The position numbers and the translations under genes are program-made. The notes under the pieces were generated by a model, which was not told the DNA's origin, ran no database searches, and saw only the letters and a program-made list of their open reading frames with translations. Of a DNA stretch of 33,133 nucleotides, positions 1 to 8,647 are shown in pieces (positions within the stretch are counted from its first letter, which is position 1; every line of letters begins with the position of its first letter). Source of the DNA: Candidatus Methylomirabilia bacterium (GTDB taxonomy: Bacteria > Methylomirabilota > Methylomirabilia > Rokubacteriales > CSP1-6). Location of the stretch: positions 1-33,133 of the forward strand of contig JBGQEL010000042.1 in assembly GCA_041496385.1 (NCBI GenBank), written 5' to 3'.

Positions 1-2948
1 CGCTCGATCAGGAGCCGCGGGGCGCGCAGCAGAAACCGCTGGAGCGCGACGCGACGCGGCCAGTCCACGTCGATGCCGACGGCCTCGGCGCGGCCCGCGG
101 TCACGAGCGGACGATCGCCGTCGCTCAGCGTGAAGCGCTGCAGGCGCGCCTGCCCACTGACCTGCACGGCGAGCGGATCGAACGCGAGCTTCACCGCGAG
201 GTCACCGCTGACGCGCCCCGCCACCCGGCCCTCGATGGGCAGGTAGGGCTGCGCCGGCGCCAGCTCCACGCCGTCGAGCGTGGCGCGCGCGTCGAGGCGC
301 CCGGGGTCGAGCGTCAACGTACCGCCCACGGCGAGCTTGCCGCCGCCCGGCGTCGGCGAGGTGAGCTGGAGCTTCACCGGGCCGCGCGCCGGCCACGCGA
401 AGTCGTTGACCACGAGTCGCGCGCCCGCGATCTCGAAGCGCGCGGGCGGCATGGTCGCGGCGTCCACGATGGTCACGGCGCCTTCCTCGAAAATGCCCTC
501 GCCGAGGTGAAACTCGAAAGCCGCGGCCGGGGGCGCGGCACGCTCGGCGACCGAAGTGCGCGCGAGCAGGGTTCGTAAGAGGAAGTTGCCCTGCGCGTCG
601 CGCTCGATGAGCGCCCACGAGCGCCGCATCCGGACCTTCTCGATTGCGAGTCGCTCCGGAAACGTGAGATCGATGCCCGTCGCGCGCATGCGCTCGAGCG
701 TGAGCACCGGCCGCGCGCCGTCGGACATCGCGAGGCCTCGCAGCGTGGCGTCGCCGCGGGCGCGGAGTCGGAGCTTCGGCAAGATCGGCCCGGTGATCGC
801 CAGCTTCACCCCGGCGCGCGCCTGGAGGCCGGCGCGGAAGGGCAGGTAGGGCTGGATCGCGGCGAGCTCGGCGTCAGCGACGACGAGGCGGAGATCGACG
901 TCGGCGGATTCGCCGCTCACCGTCCCGTCGACGGCGACCGTGCCGCCGGCCCCCAGGGCGGCGTCGAGCTTGACTCGCGCGGGCGTCGGCGACGGCCATC
1001 TGAGGTCTTGCAGCGAAAGAGCCACACGCGGCAGGTCGAGGCGCGCCGGCACGGCGCCGCGCCCGTCCACGAGCGAGACGCTGGCCGTCAGCTCCAGCCG
1101 CCCCACGTCGAGCGTGTTCTCGTGCTGCCGCGCGTCGGCGACCGCCACGCGGAGCGACGGCGCCGAGACCGCCAGGTGGTCGGCCGCGCCGCGGCCGCGC
1201 GCCTCCACACCGGTGAGCGTCACGTCGCCGGTGAGGCGCGTGCCCTGTCCGGCATCGTGGTCCACCTGCACGGAGGCGTTCACGACGCCGCGGTCGAGCA
1301 GCAGGGGCACCGCCGGCGGCAGGTAGAGCTGCACGAGGGCGAGATCGAGATTGCGGAGGATGGCCGTCGCGCGAAGCTCGAGCGGGTCGAGCCGCACCTG
1401 CGTGATCCAGGCCGACACCGCGGCGCCGGCCACGGTGGCCCGGGCGGTGATGACGCCCTGGACGTCCTGGCGCCGGCTGGAGAGACCACGCGCCTCGACC
1501 GCGAGATCCTGCACCGCCCACGTGCGCGCAGGTCGCAGCGTGCGGTCCTCGAGCGTCAGGCGCTCGCCGTCAACCGCGACGCGGCCGACCGTCACCGCGC
1601 CGCCGGCGTACGCGATGTCCTCGGCGATCACCCGGAGCGCCGGCGCGGTCACGAAGTGCGCGGGCCGGCGCACCTCGACGTCGGTCAGCGCCGCGTCGAG
1701 CGCCAGCCGCGTCCCGCGCTGCGCGTCGTGCTCGACGCTCACCGTGGCGTTCAGGACCCCGTGCTCAGGCTGCACCGGGAGGTCGGGCGGCACGTAGAGC
1801 TTGAAGAGCGCGAAGTCCACGTTGCGGACGATCGCGGTGGCGTGCAGCTCGAGCGGCGCCAGCCTGAGATTGCCGACCCACACCGACAGGGGCGAGCCGG
1901 CGACGACCGCGCGCAGGGTGGCGACGCCTGGCGGCGCGCCCCGGGCGCTCGAGAGGTTCTTGGCCTCGAGGGCGATGCCCTCGGCCTGCCAGCGCCGGAC
2001 CGCTCCCAGCCGCGTGTCCTCCAGCACGACGCGGCCCCCGTCCACGGCGAGCCGTCCGAGCTCGATCGTCTTGCCCTTGAGGCGGAGATCCTCGACGGTC
2101 ACGCGCACGGCCGGCGCGGTCAGGAACGCGGCGGCCTGTCCCGGCCGCTGCAGCTCGACGCCGCCGAACACGGCGTCGAGCGAGACGCGCGTGCCGGCCG
2201 CGGCGCTCTGCTCGATCGTCGCGGTGGCGTCGAGCCGTCCGCGGGCGGGGCTCAGCGGGCTGCCGGGCGGCAGGTAGAGCGCGGCCAGCGACGCGTCGAT
2301 CTCCCGCGCGATCAGCGTCGCGTGAAAGGCCGGCGGGGAGAGCCGCACGCCACTGACCCAGAGCGAGACGGGCGAGCCCGCCGCGACGGCGCTGAACGTG
2401 ACGACGCCGGGCGGCGCATCCGGCAGGGTAGAGAGGCCGCGCGCGCTCAGTGTGACTCGCTCCACGCGCCAGGTGCGCGGCGGCGCCAGTGTGCGGTCCT
2501 CGATCGTGACGGCCCCGTCGCGCAGCTCGAACCGGTCGATGGTGACGGCCGGCGTGGATCCGCCACCGGTCTTGCGCGCGAGCAGGTCGGAGACGTTGAA
2601 CTCGCTCGGGCCCGTGCGGACGATCCGGACCGTCGGGGCCTGGAGCGCGGCGTCCAGGACGCGCAGGCGACCGCGCAGCAGATCGCGCGACCTGAAACGC
2701 ACCTCGAGCCGCGCGATGGCGGCCAGCGGGCTCTGGTCGCGATCCGCGATGCGGAACTCGCGCAGCGCGAGCCGGCCCTCGAAGAGGTTCAGCTCGAGCG
2801 CGGCGAGTGTGACCGTGCGGCCGGTCGCTGCCGCCACCCGCCAGACCACGACCCGGCGGAGGATCTCGGGGAGGGCGACCACGCCGGCCACCGCCAGCGC
2901 GACGAGCGCTGTGGCCGCGATGACGACGAGACGGCGCCGACCGGTCAA
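1..2948 (-). CDS. DUF748/AsmA-like large envelope protein (3' end beyond window)
   Basis: Manual translation from TTG at 2948 (MTGRRRLVVIAATALVALAVAGVVALPEILRR...) stays open to the window edge, >980 aa. N-terminal TM anchor, then 'LELNLFEGRLALREF', 'FNVSDLL', 'AIQPYLP' and repeated beta-rich units typical of DUF748. Absent from the ORF track because no stop lies in the window. Confidence 0.8.
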   Translation of the reverse strand, partial: MTGRRRLVVIAATALVALAVAGVVALPEILRRVVVWRVAAATGRTVTLAALELNLFEGRLALREFRIADRDQSPLAAIARLEVRFRSRDLLRGRLRVLDAALQAPTVRIVRTGPSEFNVSDLLARKTGGGSTPAVTIDRFELRDGAVTIEDRTLAPPRTWRVERVTLSARGLSTLPDAPPGVVTFSAVAAGSPVSLWVSGVRLSPPAFHATLIAREIDASLAALYLPPGSPLSPARGRLDATATIEQSAAAGTRVSLDAVFGGVELQRPGQAAAFLTAPAVRVTVEDLRLKGKTIELGRLAVDGGRVVLEDTRLGAVRRWQAEGIALEAKNLSSARGAPPGVATLRAVVAGSPLSVWVGNLRLAPLELHATAIVRNVDFALFKLYVPPDLPVQPEHGVLNATVSVEHDAQRGTRLALDAALTDVEVRRPAHFVTAPALRVIAEDIAYAGGAVTVGRVAVDGERLTLEDRTLRPARTWAVQDLAVEARGLSSRRQDVQGVITARATVAGAAVSAWITQVRLDPLELRATAILRNLDLALVQLYLPPAVPLLLDRGVVNASVQVDHDAGQGTRLTGDVTLTGVEARGRGAADHLAVSAPSLRVAVADARQHENTLDVGRLELTASVSLVDGRGAVPARLDLPRVALSLQDLRWPSPTPARVKLDAALGAGGTVAVDGTVSGESADVDLRLVVADAELAAIQPYLPFRAGLQARAGVKLAITGPILPKLRLRARGDATLRGLAMSDGARPVLTLERMRATGIDLTFPERLAIEKVRMRRSWALIERDAQGNFLLRTLLARTSVAERAAPPAAAFEFHLGEGIFEEGAVTIVDAATMPPARFEIAGARLVVNDFAWPARGPVKLQLTSPTPGGGKLAVGGTLTLDPGRLDARATLDGVELAPAQPYLPIEGRVAGRVSGDLAVKLAFDPLAVQVSGQARLQRFTLSDGDRPLVTAGRAEAVGIDVDWPRRVALQRFLLRAPRLLIE

Positions 2949-2949
2949 G

Positions 2950-4077
2950 CTACGCGTAGCGCGGCATCACTTCGGTCGCGAACAGCTCGATGGAGCGCAT
3001 CGCCTGCGCGTGGCTCAGATCGCCCCACTGGAAGGAGCAGACGAAGTAGTTCGCCCCGGTCGCCACGTATTCATCCATATATTCACGTACCGCGGCCGGC
3101 CCGCCGGCCAGGGCCACGCCGCCCAGCCGGTTGGGATGCGGCCGCTGCTTCTGCTGGTCGAAGCGCTCCAGCTCGGCGTCGATGTCCCGCCGCAGCTCGC
3201 GGGTGGGCAGGCCCGCGGGGCGCTCGCCGACGAAGCCGAACGAGCCGTCCTTGGCGTGCATGAACTGGGTGAGCCCGCGCCGCTCCGCCTCGAGCCGGCG
3301 CGGGGCGGCGAGGTTCCAGCGGTATTTCTCCCAGGCCGGTGCGGCGGCGGCGAGCGCCTCCGCGTCGGTGTCCGCGATCACCAGATGAACGACGAGGCCG
3401 ATCATCGGCTCCTGGCCCTGCGCCGTCAGGCCGCCCGCGCCCTGGTGCTCCGCCCAGGCGGCGCGGTAGCGCGGGACCGCCACGGCCAGCCCGTCGAGCG
3501 AGCCGACGATGATCGTGTGCATGCCCTCCATGGCCGCGGTCACGGGATTGCGCATGTACCAGAGCGGCGGGTACGGCCGCTGCAGCGGGCGCAGGTACAT
3601 GGGCAGCTTCTCGAAGCTGTGGAAGCGGCCGGCGTAGGTGAGCTCGTCGTGGCTCAAGCCCTCGCGGATGATCGCCAGCGTCTCGCGATAACGCTCGTAG
3701 TTCGTCTCGGGGTCCGCCTCCTGGCCCCAGAAGTAGGCTTCCATGACGCCGCCGCGGCCCACGCCGATCTCGAGGCGCCCGTCGCTCAAATTATCGAGCA
3801 TGCTGATCTCTTCGATCAGGCGCAGCGGATGGTGCAGCGGCAGCACGTAGACGCACGGGCCGAAGCGGAGCCGCCGCGTGCGCTGGGCCACGGCGCCGAG
3901 GAACACATTCTGCGACGGCGCCAGGCTGTGGATCGCGGGGGTGTGGTGCTCGGCCAGGTGATAGGCGTAGAACCCGGCCGCGTCGAGCCGCTCGATCTGG
4001 AGCAGCCGCTCGCGGTAGATCCGGTCGAGTCCCAGCCCCGGCACCGGCTCGATGTGGTCGAAGACGCCGAAGCGCAC
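2950..4077 (-). CDS. LLM class flavin-dependent oxidoreductase (luciferase-like monooxygenase)
   Basis: GTG start VRFGVFDH; motifs 'YHLAEHH', 'LPLHHPLRLIEEISMLDNLSDGRLEIGVGRG', 'SIELFATEVMP'. Confidence 0.9.
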   Translation of the reverse strand: MRFGVFDHIEPVPGLGLDRIYRERLLQIERLDAAGFYAYHLAEHHTPAIHSLAPSQNVFLGAVAQRTRRLRFGPCVYVLPLHHPLRLIEEISMLDNLSDGRLEIGVGRGGVMEAYFWGQEADPETNYERYRETLAIIREGLSHDELTYAGRFHSFEKLPMYLRPLQRPYPPLWYMRNPVTAAMEGMHTIIVGSLDGLAVAVPRYRAAWAEHQGAGGLTAQGQEPMIGLVVHLVIADTDAEALAAAAPAWEKYRWNLAAPRRLEAERRGLTQFMHAKDGSFGFVGERPAGLPTRELRRDIDAELERFDQQKQRPHPNRLGGVALAGGPAAVREYMDEYVATGANYFVCSFQWGDLSHAQAMRSIELFATEVMPRYA

Positions 4078-4083
4078 GCGCGC

Positions 4084-4089
4084 AGTATA
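4084..4089 (-). promoter_or_regulatory. -10 box TATACT 6 nt upstream of the LLM GTG start (leaderless)
   Basis: Minus strand reads TATACT-gcgcgc-GTG; no Shine-Dalgarno. Confidence 0.55.
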
Positions 4090-4124
4090 CGAGAGACGTC
4101 GCTGCCGCGCGTCTCGGATCGTGA

Positions 4125-4139
4125 TGCTACAATGTAGCA
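4125..4139 (+). promoter_or_regulatory. Palindromic operator TGCTACA-A-TGTAGCA overlapping an extended -10 (TGcTACAAT) of the TA operon
   Basis: Perfect 7-bp inverted repeat ending 2 nt before the antitoxin ATG at 4142. Confidence 0.65.
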
Positions 4140-4141
4140 CC

Positions 4142-4417
4142 ATGAGATCCATCGGTGTACGGGAGCTGCGACAGCGGGCCAGTGAATACCTCCGGCAGGT
4201 CGAGGCGGGGCGGGCCCTGGAAATCACCGCGCGAGGCCGCCCGGTCGCGCTGCTCGTCCCATTGCGCGGCACGGGCCACGTCGAGCGCCTGGTGCGCCGC
4301 GGTCGCGTGATCCCGCCGACGGCCGACCTTCTCGATCTTGGCCCGCCGCTGGCGCCCACAGCCGGCAGGCCCCGCCCGAGCACCGTCCTCACACGCGCGC
4401 GGTCGCGAGAGCGGTAG
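4142..4417 (+). CDS. vapB: Type II antitoxin, Phd/YefM family (VapB-like)
   Basis: MRSIGVRELRQRASEYLRQVEAGRALEITARGRPVALLVP is a classic Phd fold; directly upstream of a PIN toxin. Confidence 0.9.
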   Translation: MRSIGVRELRQRASEYLRQVEAGRALEITARGRPVALLVPLRGTGHVERLVRRGRVIPPTADLLDLGPPLAPTAGRPRPSTVLTRARSRER

Positions 4418-4422
4418 ACGCG

Positions 4423-4809
4423 CTGGTCTACCTCGACTCGTCCGCGCTCGTGAAGCTCGTCGTCGCCGAGCCGGAGTCCTCGGCGCTCCGCCGCTATCTC
4501 GGCGACGAACCCGAGCGGGCTACATGCGCCCTCGCCCGGGTCGAGGTCCTTCGCGCCGTTCGCGGGCACGGCTCGGCGGCGCTCACCCGGGCACGACGAC
4601 TCTTGCAGCGGCTGAACCTCGTGCAGCTCGACGACGAGCTTCTCGAGGCGGCGGCGGCGCTCGATCCGCGCGTGCTTCGCTGCCTGGACGCCATTCATCT
4701 GGCCGCGGCGCAACTGATCGGCGGCGAGCTGACCGCGGTCGTGACCTACGATCGTCGGATGGCGGCGGCAGCGGAACTCGTCGATCTCGCGGTTGTCGCG
4801 CCGCGCTGA
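4423..4809 (+). CDS. vapC: Type II toxin, VapC PIN-domain ribonuclease
   Basis: 'VYLDSSALVKL', 'VEV', 'LRCLDAIHLAAA', 'VTYDRRM' PIN acidic motifs. Start placed at CTG 4423 because the conserved YLDSS lies upstream of the GTG at 4450. Confidence 0.88.
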   Translation: MVYLDSSALVKLVVAEPESSALRRYLGDEPERATCALARVEVLRAVRGHGSAALTRARRLLQRLNLVQLDDELLEAAAALDPRVLRCLDAIHLAAAQLIGGELTAVVTYDRRMAAAAELVDLAVVAPR

Positions 4810-4825
4810 TCCGACGGGCCCCTCC

Positions 4826-5650
4826 TCAGGCGCCGCCGCCGCGACGGCGGACGACGCTGCCGAGGCCGATGACGGCCACGGTGACGCCGATCAGGAGCGT
4901 GGACACCGCGGCCACCGTCGGGTCGATCTCGGTTCGGATGCCGTCCCACATCTGCTTGGGGAGCGTCGCGGCCTGGGTCCCGCTCACGAAGATGGCGACG
5001 ACGACCTCGTCGAACGAGGCGACGAAGGCCAGGAGCGCCGCGGACACGACGCCGGGGCGGATGAGCGGCAGCGTCACGAGGCGGAAGGTCTGCCAGCGGT
5101 TCGCGCCGAGGTTCTGCGCGGCCAGCTCGAGCGTCTCGTCGAACCCTTGAAGCGTGGCGGACACGACGACGACGACGAACGGCAGCGCCAGCACGGTGTG
5201 GGCGAGGACGAGGCCGTGGAGCGTGCCGACCATCTTGAGCTGGGCGTAGAGCCCGTAGACGGCGATGGCCACGATGATGACGGGCACGACCAGCGGCGCC
5301 AGGAGAATCAGCCGCACCAGCTCCCGACCGCGGAACGAGCGGCGCAGCGCGAGCGCGGCCGCGGTCCCCACGGCCGTGGCCGCCGCGGTGGTGAGCAGGG
5401 CCACCTCGAAGCTGCGCCAGGTCGCGCTCATCCACTCGCGGCTACCGAAGTAGCGCTCGTACCACTGCAGGGACCAGCCGGGCGGCGGGAACGTCAGGTA
5501 CTTCGCCGCGCTGAACGAGATCGGGATGACGACGGCGAGGGGCACGCAGAGGAAGACGAGGGTCGCCAGCCCGAGGGCGACCAGCGCCGGGTGGCGGCGG
5601 CCGAGCGGACCGGCGGCTTCCAGACGCAGCGCGCGCTCCCGGTCCGTCAC
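4826..5650 (-). CDS. potC: Polyamine/opine-type ABC transporter permease (PotC-like)
   Basis: 'PPPGWSLQWY', EAA loop 'LELAAQNLGANRWQTFRLVTLPLIRPG', 'SFDEVVV'; GTG overlaps the upstream stop. Confidence 0.85.
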   Translation of the reverse strand: MTDRERALRLEAAGPLGRRHPALVALGLATLVFLCVPLAVVIPISFSAAKYLTFPPPGWSLQWYERYFGSREWMSATWRSFEVALLTTAAATAVGTAAALALRRSFRGRELVRLILLAPLVVPVIIVAIAVYGLYAQLKMVGTLHGLVLAHTVLALPFVVVVVSATLQGFDETLELAAQNLGANRWQTFRLVTLPLIRPGVVSAALLAFVASFDEVVVAIFVSGTQAATLPKQMWDGIRTEIDPTVAAVSTLLIGVTVAVIGLGSVVRRRGGGA

Positions 5651-6483
5651 GGCACGCGCACCCACATGCGCTCGGCGCTCGTGAATCGCTGGACCACGAG
5701 GAGAATGCCCGCGGTGACGGCGAACAGCACCACCGCCAGCGCGGAGCCGAGGCCCCAGTCGAGGAGCTGGCTGATCTGGGTATCGATGAGCATCGCGATC
5801 ATCATGTCGCCGCGCCCGCCGAGGAGCGCCGGGGTCACGAAGAAGCCAAGCGCGGTGACGAAGACGAGCAGGACGCCGGTCACGAGCCCCGGCAGGGAGA
5901 GCGGCAGGTACACGCGCAGGAACGCCTGGCGCCGGTTCGCGCCCAGGTTCTGCGCCGCCCTGAGCAGCTCGACGTCGATACCCTTCATGACGCTGTAGAT
6001 CGGCAGCACCATGAAGGGCAGCAGGACGTGGACCATCCCGATGGTCACGCCCAGCCGGTTGTAGAGCAGCGGCAGCGGCGCGTCCAGGACGCCGAGGCTC
6101 TGCAGGCCCTCGTTCACGATGCCGCGCCGGCCGAGCAGCACCATCCACGCATAGGTGCGGACGAGCACGCTGGTCCAGAGCGGCAGGATGATCGCGGCGA
6201 GCATGAGGCCGGACGCGCGGCGCCCGGCCGCCGCCAGGAGGAAGGCGAGCGGGTAGCCGAGCACGAGTGCCAGCAGGGTGACGGTCACGCTGATCTCGAA
6301 GGTGTTGGCGAAGACCTTCGCGTAGACGGGCGTGCCGAGGATCTTGGCGTAGTGCCGCAGCGAGAAGGCCGGCGTGAACAGGCTCGTGTAGAAGAGCCGG
6401 CCGATCGGGTAGACGAACAGGACGCCGAGCCACGCCAGCGCGGGCAGGAGCAGCAGCCCGTTCGTCCACCCGAGCCGTCTCAC
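5647..6483 (-). CDS. potB: Polyamine/opine-type ABC transporter permease (PotB-like)
   Basis: 'LPLWTSVLVRTYAW', 'LPFMVLPIYS', 'AAQNLGA', 'FFVTPALLGG'. Confidence 0.85.
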   Translation of the reverse strand: MRRLGWTNGLLLLPALAWLGVLFVYPIGRLFYTSLFTPAFSLRHYAKILGTPVYAKVFANTFEISVTVTLLALVLGYPLAFLLAAAGRRASGLMLAAIILPLWTSVLVRTYAWMVLLGRRGIVNEGLQSLGVLDAPLPLLYNRLGVTIGMVHVLLPFMVLPIYSVMKGIDVELLRAAQNLGANRRQAFLRVYLPLSLPGLVTGVLLVFVTALGFFVTPALLGGRGDMMIAMLIDTQISQLLDWGLGSALAVVLFAVTAGILLVVQRFTSAERMWVRVP

Positions 6484-7547
6484 TTCAGGAGCCAGGCGTT
6501 CCAGCGCTCGACGAGCACGTTGCGGTTCTCGCCCCACCAGACGGGATCCACCATGAGCTGGCGCCGGGCGTTGTCGGGCGCGGTCGGCATGTCCTTCGCC
6601 GCCTGCGCGCCGATGAACTCGAACGCCTTCTGATTGACCGGCCCGTAGGGGATCTCGTTGGCGATCGCGGCCTGGGGCTTGGGCTGCGTGGACCAGGCGA
6701 TGAACTTCATGGCGCCGTCGCGATTCTTGCTGCCGCGCGGGATGACCCAGGAGTCCCACTGGAGCTTGCCCTGGTTCCACTCGAGCCCGGCGCGCGCGCC
6801 CTGCTTCTGGATGGCGAAGATGCGCCCGTTCCACGAGGTGGCCAGCTCCACCTCGCCATCGGCCAGGAGCTGCGCCGGCTGCGCCCCCGTCGTCCACCAG
6901 ACGTTGACGTGCGGCTTGATCCGGTCCATCGAGCGGAACGCGCGGTCGACGTCCATCGGGTAGACCTTGTCGATCGCCACGTCGTCGGCCAGGAGCGCGA
7001 ACTCGAGGTTGTCGAGCGGGTTGTTGCGCATGGTGCGCGGGCCGGGGAACTTCTTCACGTCCCAGAACTGCGCCCAGCTCTTCGGATGATCGCCCTTCGC
7101 GTACTTCTTGGTGCTGTAGGCGAGGATCGTCGAGTAGTAGATGGTGCCGATGCCGTACTTGTGGACGACCTGGGGGAAGACGCTCTTGGTGTCGATCATC
7201 TGGTAGTCGAGCGGCTCGAGCAGGTTGTCCTTCGCGCCCGCGATGACGTTCAGGTCGCCGACGTCGACGAGATCCCACTCGACGTTGCCGCTCTGGACCA
7301 TCGCCTTCAGCTTGCCGTAGTCGGTGGGGCTGGCCTCAACGATCTTGATGCCGGTCTCCTTCTCGAACGGCTGGAACATCGTCTTCCGCTGCGCCTCCTG
7401 GTAGGCGCCGCCCCAGGAGCACACGACGAGCTGCTTGGCCTGCGCCCGCGCGAGCCACGGCCCGCCGGCCTGCGTGGCCGCGGTGGCGGCGGCGGTCAGG
7501 ACACCCATCTTCAGCACGTAACGCCGGGTCATCGAGGTCATCGTCAT
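6480..7547 (-). CDS. Polyamine-type ABC substrate-binding protein (PotD/PotF-like), Tat signal
   Basis: 'TRRYVLK' Tat motif, 'SWGGAYQEAQ', 'FWDVKKFPGPR', 'LEFALLADD', 'WNGRI'. AAGGAG RBS; the true start may be the ATG at 7541. Confidence 0.85.
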   Translation of the reverse strand: MTMTSMTRRYVLKMGVLTAAATAATQAGGPWLARAQAKQLVVCSWGGAYQEAQRKTMFQPFEKETGIKIVEASPTDYGKLKAMVQSGNVEWDLVDVGDLNVIAGAKDNLLEPLDYQMIDTKSVFPQVVHKYGIGTIYYSTILAYSTKKYAKGDHPKSWAQFWDVKKFPGPRTMRNNPLDNLEFALLADDVAIDKVYPMDVDRAFRSMDRIKPHVNVWWTTGAQPAQLLADGEVELATSWNGRIFAIQKQGARAGLEWNQGKLQWDSWVIPRGSKNRDGAMKFIAWSTQPKPQAAIANEIPYGPVNQKAFEFIGAQAAKDMPTAPDNARRQLMVDPVWWGENRNVLVERWNAWLLK

Positions 7548-8647
7548 CTCCTTTGCGTGAAGGCCGCGTCGGGATCCCAGCGCAGCGTCACGCGGGCCCC
7601 GATCTTGAGGCGATCGGCCGTGTCCAGGTTCAACCGCTTCACCGTGAATGTCTCGCCGCCGGCGGCGCGGACCACGTACCGCATGGCCTCGCCGACGTAG
7701 ACCGCCTCGACGACGTCGCCCGCGACGCCACCGGCCGCGCCGCCCTCGGCGCCGATCGCGATGCGCTCGGGCCGCAGGTAGAGCACCGCGGGCTCGCCGG
7801 CCGGCGCGCCGCCGGGCCGGGCCGGCAGGCGAAGCCCCGACGCGGTGATGAGGACGGGCCGGCCGTCCGGCGCGGCCGCCACCGTGCCCTCGAGGCGGTT
7901 GGATTCGCCGATGACCTCGGCGACGAATCCGGTGCGCGGCGTCTCGTAGAGCTCCGTCGGATCGCCGAGCTGCTCGATCTTCCCGTGGTTCATGACCGCG
8001 ATGCGGTCGGAGAGCGTCAGCGCCTCCTCCTGATCGTGCGTCACGTGGATCACGGTGACGCCGAGGCGCGCCTGCAGGCGCTTCAGCTCGAGCTGCATCT
8101 CGACGCGCAGTTTCTTGTCGAGCGCCCCGAGCGGCTCGTCCATGAGGAGCACGGGCGGCTCGAAGACGAGCGCGCGCGCGAGCGCCACCCGCTGCTGCTG
8201 GCCGCCGGAGAGCTGGCGCGGATGGCGCCCGCCGAGCCCCTCGAGCTGGACCAGCGCCAGCGCCCACGCGACGCGCTCGCGAATCGTCGCCGCGGGGAGC
8301 TTGCGCATCCGCAGCGGGAAGGCGAGGTTGTCGGCGACCGTCATGTGGGGGAAGAGCGCGTAGTTCTGGAAGACCATCCCCACGTTACGCCTGAAGGGGG
8401 GCTCGAACGTCACCCGCGCGCCGTCGATCCACACCTCGCCCTCGGTGGGGACCGCGAAGCCCGCGACGCACGCGAGCGTTGTCGTCTTGCCCGACCCCGA
8501 CGGCCCGAGCAGCGTGAGGAACTCGCCGGCCCGGGCCGTCAGCGTGACGCCGTCGACGGCGCGGACGGCGCCGAACGTCTTGACGAGGCCCTCGATGCGG
8601 ACCTCGGCGCCCTTCGGCGCCCGCGCGCTAGCGTGCCGTGCGCCGAT
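7544..8647 (-). CDS. potA: Polyamine-type ABC transporter ATP-binding protein (PotA-like)
   Basis: Walker [18 protein letters not shown], '[15 protein letters not shown]', C-terminal TOBE. Start uncertain: ATC at 8647 after GGAGG, or ATG at 8848. Confidence 0.85.
   Translation of the reverse strand: MGARHASARAPKGAEVRIEGLVKTFGAVRAVDGVTLTARAGEFLTLLGPSGSGKTTTLACVAGFAVPTEGEVWIDGARVTFEPPFRRNVGMVFQNYALFPHMTVADNLAFPLRMRKLPAATIRERVAWALALVQLEGLGGRHPRQLSGGQQQRVALARALVFEPPVLLMDEPLGALDKKLRVEMQLELKRLQARLGVTVIHVTHDQEEALTLSDRIAVMNHGKIEQLGDPTELYETPRTGFVAEVIGESNRLEGTVAAAPDGRPVLITASGLRLPARPGGAPAGEPAVLYLRPERIAIGAEGGAAGGVAGDVVEAVYVGEAMRYVVRAAGGETFTVKRLNLDTADRLKIGARVTLRWDPDAAFTQRR

Noticed and set aside
1008..4137. 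Long plus-strand ORFs of 751 and 579 aa
   Set aside because: Antisense to the DUF748 and LLM genes; low-complexity Arg/Ala-rich translations.
4078..4825. TA pair as part of a mobile element
   Set aside because: No transposase, integrase, terminal repeats or target duplication visible.
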